Assembly: GCA_037447605.1 (NCBI GenBank)
Contig: CM074809.1
Location: 3,338,689 to 3,402,688, forward strand
Length of the DNA stretch: 64,000 nt
Source: Zygnema circumcarinatum SAG 698-1b
Taxonomy: Eukaryota; Plantae; Zygnematophyceae
Reading direction: 5' to 3'
Part shown: positions 1-10,790 of the stretch, in pieces
Layout of the letters: each line of letters opens with the position of its first letter
Numbering within the stretch: the stretch's first letter is position 1
Made by a program: the position numbers and the translations under genes
The notes under the pieces: generated by a model
Database searches by the model: none
The model's input: only the letters and a program-made list of their open reading frames with translations
What the model was told of the DNA's origin: nothing

Positions 1-184
1 CATGGGCGAAGACCATCTATTGGAAGAGGTGGCCCGGGGGAGAGTGCAATGGCTGTTGCATTCACGGCGGAATCAATTCAAGGGAATTGATGTGCAAGCC
101 AAGAAGGCATGCCTAGTTAGTTGCTGCTGCTTTAGGTGCCATGTTAGAGAAGCTTGCAAGGAACTTACGTACCAAGAGGGGGAT
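1..184 (+). mobile_element. 3' end of the internal region of an LTR retroelement, ending in a polypurine tract (AAGAGGGGGAT, 174-184)
   Basis: PPT directly abuts the TGTTG LTR start at 185. Bases 8-52 are identical to 4814-4858. Confidence 0.8.
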
Positions 185-1813
185 TGTTGATGTATAGGTA
201 CATCAAGGTGTTGGTACTTAGTTCCTCGCATGGCTGTTGTCCAAGAGATCATGTGTTGATGTATGGGCAATGTCTTGCATGAATGGTCATGTTTGGTGTA
301 GGACCAAACATGGGGGGTGCCCAAAGTGCTAGGGCATGGCAATGGAAGGTCTAGGAAGGTTCAGTATCGTGATTTACTACTAGGCTGCATCAGTATCAGG
401 GGTGCGCCGGATGCCGCGCATTAATCGATCTCGAGCGCTGACCAGACGGGACGGGCGCTACGATCAGACGGACGACGCGAAATGTTCGACGCTGAGGTTC
501 GGCGCGCTTGATTCGCATCTGCTTACATGATTGGTCGCGCTGTGAGTGCGTGACGCGACGCACTTCCAAGCGGAACATGACTCATGATTAGGTATGTACT
601 TTCAGGTACCTGACATTGGTCGGTACGCAGGCCCGGGCCGCTGGGCGAGTCGTAAGTGACGGGCACGCACGCCGCGCATTCGAAAGGACAAGGCGCGACA
701 TCGTAATGTCGGGCGCTAGCGAATCGAGGAGGAGGGGCGCCGCGATCGCCAGTTGTCTCTGGCGTGGAGGACAAGGGCTTAATTCGTGGAAGGCTTCACG
801 GTCGCATTCGGGTGGCCTCGTGAGGGCCTAGGTCGGTGGCGACCGTGAGGGCTTACGGGGTCCCACACACATGTACCGAAGTTAGTGAGGAGTCGACGAC
901 GGCAGTGACGGTGGATCAAGATGAGGTCAATTGATCCGGACGGGCCGAGGAGCCGGATCCGTAGTCAAGGGAGGATCCGACCGGAGCACGCATTAAGATC
1001 GTGATAAGGCCCCTTTGCAAGGCCGCATGGGTGGCCGCGGACATGACGGGCCACGCGACAAAGGCCGCCATGGTATATGAGGGAGCAAGTTTGGCTTCCT
1101 ACTTACCACACCATACCACTCACCGAACGCTATGCCGCCTTCAACCTTCGCAAGCCAGAAGAGTAGGCAGAGGGCGAGGAATTGAGGAGTCCGGCCTTGT
1201 GTAGGGGGTCGTGAAAGAACTGTCTCTCATCATGGTTAGCTCTAGTGAAAGAGTTATAGATGTGTCCCTCTCGTGTTGAGGTAGAGGAGAAGTTCAAGCA
1301 AGCATGTTGTGCTTAGCTACCAAGTAGCTTGGGTGTAAGTCAGCTTCATCGCTGGATAGGTAGTGCTCAGAGAGTGAGGAGAACGGGCATAAGGTTATAT
1401 GTAGATTTCCTAAGAGAGCTTGCAGGTCACAGTCTATGAATGTTAAGGAGTTTTAGCCGCAGGGCTTTCTCCTTATACTTCTGTGTCATCCGGTCACATG
1501 TGAGTCCTGTGTTGGATTGGAGTGATGGCTTTATGGGAGGCTTACTCATTGTATGGGCGTGTAGTCGCATCACACGTGAGAGACTATTGAGGAGCTTGGA
1601 GTCAGAAGGAGCCGAGACCATGGAGGAGATGAAGAAGTGTTCTTGTAGGTGACGCGTTTTGTTATCCGCTGTGCGCACCTGGTGAGGGGAAGAGAAGGCA
1701 TATCGTGGCGGAAGCGGTATGTGGACTAAGTAGAAGTGGAAGAGGTTTTGGAGTTTCACTCAAGCATGTTTTATCCTTCCACTAGTCTCTCCTTCTGCCC
1801 CCTCACACCAACA
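185..1813 (+). mobile_element. LTR (~1.63 kb)
   Basis: Termini TGTTG...CAACA form a 5-bp inverted repeat. It is preceded by a PPT and followed by AA plus a primer-binding site. Confidence 0.88.
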
Positions 1814-4800
1814 AATGGTATCAGAGCTTATGGTTGAAGTCTTGGAGCATTTGGTGCTTAAGGTTCTGTCCTAGAGCTTATGGGTGAAATCCTAAAGAGT
1901 GCCAAGTGATAGTGAGGGTCCTGGAGCGTACTGAAGTGAGGGATGCAGTTCCTTGAGAGTATGGGTTCCAAAGGAGAGATCCTTGACTGTGAGAAAGAGT
2001 CAAGGAATAAGTTCTTGGGGAGCCTAGTGGTTGGCTCAAAGGTACTCAAGAGGATAGATATGGTCAAACCCTAGTCACGCTGATGGTTCAAGGCTTGTAG
2101 CAAGCAAGTTGTTGAAATAGTCACTGAGAAGCTACAGAAGGAGAGAATGTGCGCTTATTCTACCTTGACAGCCTCGGGATGGAAAGAGCGCAAAGAAGGC
2201 TAGATTAATCCACATTCAATCTTGGCTACTGCTTTGGAGAGACTTGGCCTGTGAGTCAAGGTCCAACGGCAAAGTGGAGGTGGTGGCATTGAGTTGCACA
2301 CTTTGAGACCCAAACCCTCGAGCTGGAGGTGGTAAATAAGGAGGGACTTACCAAGCCGGGTTGTGACCCACCTTTGGGACTACTGTATGCTCGGATATGT
2401 CGGCGAAGGTTTCCATCAAAGGATTCGGAGAGGGAGGACTTGACGGCACTCGAGAAGTGGAGAGGCCCGCCATTACACACGAGATTGCTGGGCAGCATGT
2501 GGAGGGGATGACCCTTCAAGCACACTCTTGGGATTAGAGACTAGCTTTGGAGTTAGAGACTAATGAACTAGAATCTTCACATAGGTTGTGGGAGAGGCTA
2601 GGAGAGGTGCTGGGTGGCAAGGAGTGCCACGGATGGAAAGAGTTCACTTCAAATGCGTTTGGGGTGAAGGAGGCCCAAGATCTAGGGTCTAAGAGAGAGA
2701 GCTGCCCAAGGAACCATTGCTTAAATCCTGACTAGTCTGGTGGACAGAGCTAGTGGAATTGATAGTCACTAAGATGTTAGTGATGGACCACTAAGGAGGA
2801 GTTTAGGGAATTCCCCAAGGAGTAGTTGAGGAGATCAATTCGGAGGTAGAAGGTCGCAACTTCCTATGAGGAGTCTACTTCACGGAGGAGTAGATGTAGC
2901 AAAGGAGTAGAATGGATAGAGTCAAAAGGAATTGACAACCATTCAAGGAGGGGCAAGGCTGAAGTCGGACAAGGAGGATTCCACTCCAAGTCGACATTTT
3001 GGAGCCGTGAGCTCGAGGAGATCACATTGCTAATGGACTTGCAGGGCTTATCTTGTGGAGGGATCTTTCGGATCCAAGGAGACGGCATGGTGGCTCAAGT
3101 GTGTCCAGACGTGGACGGAATCTTTGTTTGAAGAGTTTGCTGGGAGTGCACGCCTAGTTTACTCGGGAACAAGATAGTGACCTATTCGGGCTGCGGAGCC
3201 GAAAGGCTTCGATCTCAAGAAAGTCAAGTATAGCTGGTGGATCTCGGCGAGAAGGGCGCATGCACGTCGGTGGGAAGACAAGGTGAAGTACTTTTAGGCC
3301 ACAAAATTATGAATGAAATTTTCCTAAAAAGGTGAATTTATTTTGGAAGCAAGCAGGTGGAGTTAGGATGCAGGTTGTCGTGGAGTTACATCACATGCAG
3401 CATGTATAATCCTGGATGGGATAGAGCCGAGTAGCTTGTACTTCTTCTAAAAGAGTGTGCAGCAATGATCTGCTGCACTCCATAGCTTGTGTGGAGCTCG
3501 CATCAAGGAACTGACACCTAAGCTAGAAGAGCTTGAAGATGCTTGCAAGGACCAGGATCTTGAGAGGTGCCTAGGTTCGGAAGTCACAAGAGGAAGAGAC
3601 GCCGACATGGAGCTGGCGAGATCGCACTCATGAGGGGATGGCGCTCTTGAGCAAGGTACCGCAACCTTGCATACCTTGTGTGTGATAGAGTTTTGAGGGG
3701 GAGGTTTCGTTTCCCTCAAAGGAAGAAGATAGTAAGTCTCGGCGACTTGGTTGGAGGAGGATGCTACAAGGGTAGCCCAATTGGCCCAATCAAGCTTATC
3801 ATTAGCGGGGGAGCAGCTAGACGATGGACCGGTGATGCTGACTTCAGATGACTTCTCTCCGTAGATAGTATATAGCTTGAAGAAGGTGCTATGATAGAGA
3901 GAGCTCTAAGCAGTCTGGAAGAGTTGAAGTTTACCTAATCCCAGCGTTTGAGGAGTCAGCGAAAGGGACCGCGAGATCAAGAGGGCGTGCAAGGAGCTTT
4001 GAAGGCCGCTATGGCAACGAATCAAGTGGACGCAGCAGAGTGTGGAGAATGTCATCATGATGATGGTGCAGTACACTTCCCTTCGTGGTATTCCTTAGAA
4101 AGTCACTAAGCTAGAGTGAGGTGTTTTCAGATGCATATGAAAGGTGCAAGAATTACACTCTTTGGAGAAATTGACATGCAATGAAGAAAGTGTCAAGCAG
4201 GGTTTGTAGGACCCTGATAAGGGAAGAGGAACATCCGGTTTGCCAGCTCATTGATGGAGAACATGAGCAGAATTGAGACCCCAAAGGTGGAGTACAAGAG
4301 GAGGGTGCCAAGATGTCGAAGCTAGAGTTGTGCTTTGGAGGACCAGGCCTTGTACAGGTAGGCTGTTTAGCTTAAGAGGGGGTAGGCAAGGTGTTCAGAT
4401 TTGACCTTGGCAGATGGCGCCGAGGAGAGATTGTCCATGGGGGACATGTGAGTAGAGAGAATGTCCATGGGAGGACATGTGAGTTCATAGTGCGAGGTCC
4501 CAGGATCGTGTTGTGGAAGTTGTTAGAGAAGGCGGCAGGTCATTTGGATGGAGGCCTACAACAAGTGCTTAGAGTGCACCACAAGGAGGATTCATGGACA
4601 AGTATGAACGACCATGTTTATGGAGGGGGTGAGCTTGGCTATGGAGAAGCTCGCCTTCATGGATAGGAGTTGGGAGGAGAAGATGGGACTTCGTGCTTAC
4701 CTTGAGGATGACCTTTGAAGAGTTCGAGGTTGAAGGTTCCTACTTACATTGTTGACATTGGCAGCCACCACGCCAAAGGAGATTGTGATGTGCGAGGATT

Positions 4801-4858
4801 GCACATGCGAAGTGAAGACCATCTATTGGAAGAGGTGGCCCGGGGGAGAGTGCAATGG
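1814..4858 (+). mobile_element. Internal region of a non-autonomous or degenerate LTR retrotransposon, truncated by an assembly gap
   Basis: Follows the PBS, is purine-rich and CpG-poor, has no long ORF and no recognisable gag/pol motifs, and its end repeats window bases 8-52. Confidence 0.7.
1816..1827 (+). other. Primer-binding site complementary to the 3' end of initiator tRNA-Met
   Basis: TGGTATCAGAGC lies 2 nt after the LTR end; this is the canonical plant retrotransposon PBS. Confidence 0.9.
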
Positions 4859-4868
4859 NNNNNNNNNN

Positions 4869-5428
4869 TCGAGCATTGGGAGGCCGTGAAGAGGATATTC
4901 AGATATGTGAGAGGGACGCTCGATTATGGGATCAGGTATGAGAGGGGGCCAACCAGAATGATTGGTTATACAGACTCAGATTGGGGTGGCGATGTGGATA
5001 CATCGCGCTCGACTTCAAGTTTTATTTACCTGTATGGAGGTGGAGCGATTTTGTGGAGCTCCAAGTTGCAGGACTCGGTAGCGTTATCGAGTACAGAAGG
5101 AGAGTACATGGGTGCTTGTCATGCTGCAAAGGAGGGCGTATGGTTCCAGCAATTCTTTGATGAATGCAAGAGAGAACAACGCCCAACTACCTTGTTCACC
5201 GACAATCAATCGTCGATTGCCCTAGTGGGAAACCCGGTGTTTCACAAGCGGACCAAGCACATCAGAGTGCAGTACCATTATGTACGGGAGTTGGCCGAGG
5301 AGGGTTTGATCGATGTAAAGTTCGTAGGCACGAAGGAGCAAGCCGCCGATATGCTGACAAAAGGAGTTAGCGGAGAAACCCTGCTGGTGAATGGCAGGTT
5401 GGTTGGGCTAGGGCCCATGCAAAACTAA
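4869..5428 (+). mobile_element. Ty1/Copia pol C-terminus (RT end + RNase H)
   Basis: Motifs HWEAVKRIFRYVRGT, GYTDSDWGGD, VALSSTEGEY, TDNQSSI, FHKRTKHIRVQYHYVRE and ADMLTKG. The ORF-track N-terminus before the N gap belongs to a different element. Confidence 0.95.
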
Positions 5429-5446
5429 AGTCCCAAAGAGGGGGAT

Positions 5447-6129
5447 TGTTAGTGTATAGTAGTTAGTCACTAGACAAGTTGTTGTTGGGACATTAGTTTT
5501 GTGTGCGTGTGTTGTGTGTGGCCCTTGGCGGCGATGTGCGCCTANNNNNNNNNNATCCTACGGCGCAAGACGTGGATTGAACGAAAGGCTGAGTGGATCC
5601 GATGGAAGCGAAGAGCTGGATCCGTGTGAGTCTACGAGGATCCGACGGCGCAGGATTAGGATCGGGATAGGGCCCTTGCAGGCCGCTAGTCGATGTTGTG
5701 AAGCTTCATAGCATGTTGTCACGTGTGAAGTGACATTGTATTTAAGGATTGGCTTTTGTTGTGTAGGCCTATTCATTCAGGCTGTTGTAGTCTCTGTTAT
5801 GCTGTTTGCTCGTATTGCAACACTACACTTGCTCGTGCTGCGAGGTAGTGAGCTGTGAGATTGCTGAGCGGCCGATTTGAGAGGGGGTCTCTCAATGTAT
5901 GAGTGAATTCATTATTAAGGAGTTTTAGAGCCAGGAGCTTTCTCCTATCCTTTTCTCTCTGTTATTCCGCTGTGCATTATTCTGTGAGATTCACTCTGTG
6001 AGTAAAATGGTCTATGAGTGAATGTGAGAGAGATTTGGAATGTCATCATCGATTGGAACGCGAACTCTGATGGAGGGTGACCCGAACGGAGGAACGGACG
6101 GGAGCAGTGGAGGAGTCCCTGCACCAACA
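5447..6129 (+). mobile_element. 3' LTR of the Copia element (contains an N gap at about 5545-5554)
   Basis: PPT AAGAGGGGGAT at 5436-5446, start TGTTAG, end CACCAACA at 6129 as in the first LTR, and no PBS after it. Confidence 0.75.
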
Positions 6130-6179
6130 AAGGCAATCGCGGATGTAAGTACTAGGCCGTACAACACATGTATAGCGTT

Positions 6180-7325
6180 TCGCTACATTGATGATGGTCA
6201 TCTTCCATTCCATGTCGCTTTGCGTACTGCTCATGGTTTGGTCCCTTCTAGTGCCCAAGCCCGTGTTCCCCCTTTTGCTTCCCTAGCTGTTGAGTCTGTT
6301 TCGCGAATCCAGACCGTTGTGACAGAGGAGGTTGTTGCTGTTGAGTTCTCTACCCTTATTGCGGCTCTCCCTTCCGATGTTGCGCGTGCTCGATGGCGGT
6401 CTTGTGTCGGTCTTGGCGCAGGGGCATGGTTGGCTGCCACCCTGATTTCTTCTACACTTCGACTCTCTCCGAGCCAGTTTCAGCTCGCCACGCGTCTTTG
6501 TCTCGGGCTCCCCCACCCCCCTTTGCAAGGCTCCCCCCTTTGTGGTTGTGGTCGTTCGATTGATGTACAAGGCGTTCACCTTCTTTGTTGTGTGCACGAT
6601 GGCGAGCGCATTTTGGCTCATAATGTTGTTTGCGATGCGATTGCCGCAGTGGCCCAGGAGGCGGGAGGCGGGTTTTCTTGTGCATTGGGAACCGACCAAT
6701 GTCATTCCACCCCGACCGACTGCGCATGGCGAGCGTGGCGTGCGTCCCGACCTTGCTCTCGTAGATGGTGCTCGGCGTATTTTTGGGGATGTTGTATTGG
6801 CGGATACGACCCGTCGCACCCTATTATCCCGTTCTGCGCACCATGAGGGCGTGGCCGCCCGGGATGCGGCCCTCCGCAAGGAGCGCGCATATGCTCACCG
6901 CGATTCTGCCGACGAGTTTCTTCCGTTGGCTGTCGAGATTTTTGGCTGCCTCGATGCTCGGTTGGATGTCTTCCTCCGCCAGTGCGCCCACCGCTCCTTT
7001 GAGATGCATGGCCCCAGAAGCCCTCCTCCAGCGATCCTCGCAACTTTTTATCGACAGCGCATTTCTGTCGCTTTGCAGCGCTGCCTTGCTTCCACCATCC
7101 TTCGGCGTGCGGCAGTTGTTGGGACTCGTCCCGGTGGTCTCCCGCCCCTCCCTGCGCGTGTTGCGCCGCATATTGACGACCTTCGCGGCTGCTTCTAGTG
7201 CCGTGTTCCGTTTCGAGGCTTTCTCTTTGTCCTTATGTCCATTGTTACCGCTTCCTCTGGTTCCTAACGTCAATTTTATCCATGTACATTTGATGGCTTT
7301 GCCATCGTGAGTTCAATCAAACATC
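6180..7325 (+). mobile_element. 3' part of a non-LTR retrotransposon with a zinc-knuckle-like motif and restriction-like endonuclease (CRE/R2-superfamily-like), frameshifted
   Basis: Motifs GAWLAA, RLCLGLP, CGCG..D.QGVHLLCC..GERILAHN, RPDL..VD..GDV, KERAY and FLPLAVEIFG. A 7-bp duplication (GAGGCGG x2, 6658-6671) breaks the frame. The 3' UTR is shared with the copy at 39.9-40.3 kb. The 5' boundary is approximate. Confidence 0.8.
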
Positions 7326-7767
7326 TTTTCCCTAACATACATACCCACTTTCTTATGGCATGGCATGAAATGGCCCTTATTGGGCGAGTTGAGGGGATGT
7401 ACGATTCTACACGTGGCCGAACCACAGGTCGCCACATCGGACATTGCATGCTCGTGGCATCGTGGGATTTGTCCATGCGTTCCAAGATGGCTCTCACATG
7501 GTTCTAGCCCCAATAGAGTGCCCGGGAAGGACATGGCATCGTCTAGCGATGGAGGGCGCAATGGGGACATCATCACCATTCGTGACATTGGGCATTGGGC
7601 TTGTACTCTCCCTCGCCAGCCACCCCCCTCTCTCCCTTCACCCCTCCCCCTCCCCCAATCACTCCATTCCAATCGCACATTATGTTCACTCAATACCCAC
7701 CTTCACACATTCCCTAGTAACGTTTTTATTCAAGACACTGCTAATTGTAGTCACCACTTGAACTGCA

Positions 7768-9922
7768 TCAAAAGGCGAATCCGTCTCTCCCTCTGTCCTC
7801 GTCCTCCTCCTCATCACCGTCATCATCTGCTATGGGTACAAGCCTCTTCGTTTCCGAACCAACTGCAAACAATTTGAGCATGTCCTCCTCCATGACATGC
7901 GTCGCGCCGGCGATCACAAGCGAGTGAAGAGGGGCTCCAAAGTCGACCTCTTTCAAGTCCTCCATTGGCCCGCTCACAATGAGCTCCGAGTCCGTCCCAA
8001 GGCGAGCCACGCCGACGGATAGCGTTGCCGGAGCGTATGCTGGGCACGTCAACATAAGTCAACGCAGGTCAAGGTGGGTCAATGAGGGTCAATACAAGTC
8101 GACCAGGTAGACACTATACGAAGTGAACAGAAAGACAATAGTTAAGGAACCACTGTTTGAATCGACTTTTTTTATAAGGTAAGGCTCAAACATGAAGGGG
8201 AACTAAAGGGTTGAGAATCTCGGTTTGAGAAGACCCTAAAAACCCTACAAAACCCACCTCCTCCATTCCGCCTGTCCTCCACTTCCAGCAGTTGCTGAAT
8301 GGCCACATTCACACTCATGTATTTTGGAGGCTCATAAATCACCTTCCCCCTGCATGACCCCCCCCCTCCCCCCCGACTCTCTCTCATCCCCCATGATACA
8401 ATAATCGAATACAAAGCGAAAACACAATACAATATGAAACGATCTCAGATACTCATTTACAGCCATTGATAGGAATTGACAATTTGATTGGCACGAAGCT
8501 TCACTCACCGGGCCATGGCTTCAAGTGAAGGCTCCTTCACACGAATGTCTGGCACACCCACAGAGAAGCAGAGGCTTAATGAACGCTTTCTTTCTGCAAG
8601 GCTTCGAGAAGAAGAAGAAGAAGAAGAAGAAGAAGAAGGAGGCCACGTGTGCCGCAGCAACGGGCCAACCGAGGAAGCCCAAATGCTTCAGGCCAATGAG
8701 ATCCTGCCACATGTGAGCATCCATACAAATCCCATTACTTGGGAAAAGGCAACTGCAAAATACAACCCTCCTTCACTGCCTTAAAAGCAACATTGCTCCG
8801 CACTCACTAACAGAACTGCCTCCAAGATACTCCAAACAAGCGGGGGGGGATTGCTCTCCTCTCTCCCTCACTCCTCAATCGTCCTCCCTCTCGCTCTCCT
8901 TCATCTGTCAGGCAAAACGCCGCCTTTTACACTCACCGAGAAGGCAGAGAGTGTGAAGGCCCATCGAGCGGTTCATTTGTATTTTGTCGTAAAAGCTGTC
9001 CGGTCGCCAATTTTCGGTGAAAAAGGGAATTGAAATCGTTTCTCCAAAGCGGTAAAGCTGGAGGCCGCACGCCCCCACGGCATTCATAATCGATGCATTG
9101 TGGATAACCTTCACTGCCACTCCCATCTCCCTCGCTCTCAGCATCAGGTCGGTGTGTGTGGTGGCCCTGCCATGCAAGCATGCATAGGGTGAGCTTTTAG
9201 GGTTCAAAGAGCTTCTAGGGATGTTCTCAAGGTTTTGAATTTCGGCCGAAGCGTCTGCAATAATTGTCAAGATTTGAAAGGCTTGACGGATTTAGAACGG
9301 TGTTCAAGATTAAAGGTTTGAAGAGATTGCAGGAATTTGAAGTTTTGAGCCTTTGTCGGAATAATTTACGGTTAAGAGAAGGATGGACGGACTCACCCAA
9401 AAGGATCTCCCACAACGAGAAAAGAGACATCCGTCTCCAGCGCCTCCCCCAAAATCTTTTCCACTTTTTGTTCCACCATTTCCCGATCCGCCGTTACAAT
9501 TTCCCTTCCGTAGAGGGCCTCCTACAGTCCATTTATTGCAAAATCTTGATCTCAAAGTCAGATGTCCAGCAAGGTCTTGTCCAAGAAATATTTCAATGTG
9601 TGTGAGTGACTGTGCACCGACGTTGCTAAAAAGGTCCCAACTCACGATAAACAGATTGTTCAATAAAACAAGAGATTTTAACTCCAATCACACTTTTAAA
9701 AGGTCAAGTGCATCACAATGTGGAAAACATCGTACGTTCGTGAGTACTGAACTAAAGTCGAATAGGGCGGCACATGGGAATGCTTACAAGCTTTTCTTTA
9801 TCGACAAGCAATATGGATGTGTATGCTTCCAAATACACTTTGGATGAAGATTTCACAATTTCGAGCCCTCGAAGCGTTATATCTCGTTCGTCTCCCAATC
9901 CCAGTCCGATAAGAAACAGCAT
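7768..9922 (-). CDS. DPH5: Diphthine methyl ester synthase (about 6 exons)
   Basis: [21 protein letters not shown]; [19 protein letters not shown]; [28 protein letters not shown]; [14 protein letters not shown]; [10 protein letters not shown]; [15 protein letters not shown] introns. Confidence 0.96.
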
Positions 9923-10790
9923 CTTGCATACAGAACAGCCTCCGCCCAATCTCTTTCTACCTATCTCCCGGCCCCCCTCTCTCCCTCTCCCTCCCTCTCC
10001 CTCTCTCGATCTCTCTCTCCCTCTCTCTCTCCCTCTCTCTCTCACTCTCTCTCGCCCTCCTCTCTTTCTCTCCCCCCCTTCTCCTCTCTGTCTTTCACAA
10101 CCTCTGGCTTTCTCTCCCACACACATACGCAGTCATCGCTCAATGCGCGGCTCAGCGCTGTCTTTCTGCCCTAAACCATCCAACCGTAAAGCAGAGACCG
10201 ATTCCACCCAAACCAGCGAGGTGATCCGAACACCTGCCGCAGTTCTGCGGAACTCTTTTTGATCAACCCTAATTCTGGATTCAGGCTTCCTTTGTGTTTT
10301 TAGGTGGATCAGTCGTGACACATGCGGGTCGAACAGTTCTTTCTTTAAAGATTTTGAACAAATTTGGGCTTCTATGCGTGCCCATTCGTTCGTGCTCGTG
10401 GGCACACATAGAAACACAGGCTCCAAAACAGGGTCAAATTTGAGGGATTTGAGGGTAAAGGGTTTACAAGGGCACACAGAAGGGGCACTTCGGAAAGGGG
10501 CACTTTGGAAGAAAAATATTCGGAACTGAGCCCCAATTAAATTTTGTTTGACCGTAGACTATAACCTTGTTGTAATGGAGCGCATTCTTTATTGGGAGGG
10601 GTGATGATGGCAATCATCATTTGAGCGCTAATCATAGAACAGTTGAAAAACTTTACGCTGTTGACCGGAAAAAATGAACGGCCAGTTCTCTCACAAAACT
10701 CGGTCTACCATTACTGAATTGTCCCAATTGCAACTTTGCCATAAAAGGAAAAAGTTCCCAATCAAACCCTCAGCTTTCACGCCCCAACTC

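Noticed and set aside
4715-5428. 237-aa ORF as a single protein
   Set aside because: It spans an N gap and joins the non-coding element to an unrelated Copia RNase H.
6040-6130. ATG at 6040 as the start of the REL-element ORF
   Set aside because: It lies inside the Copia 3' LTR, which ends at 6129, so the read-through is fortuitous.
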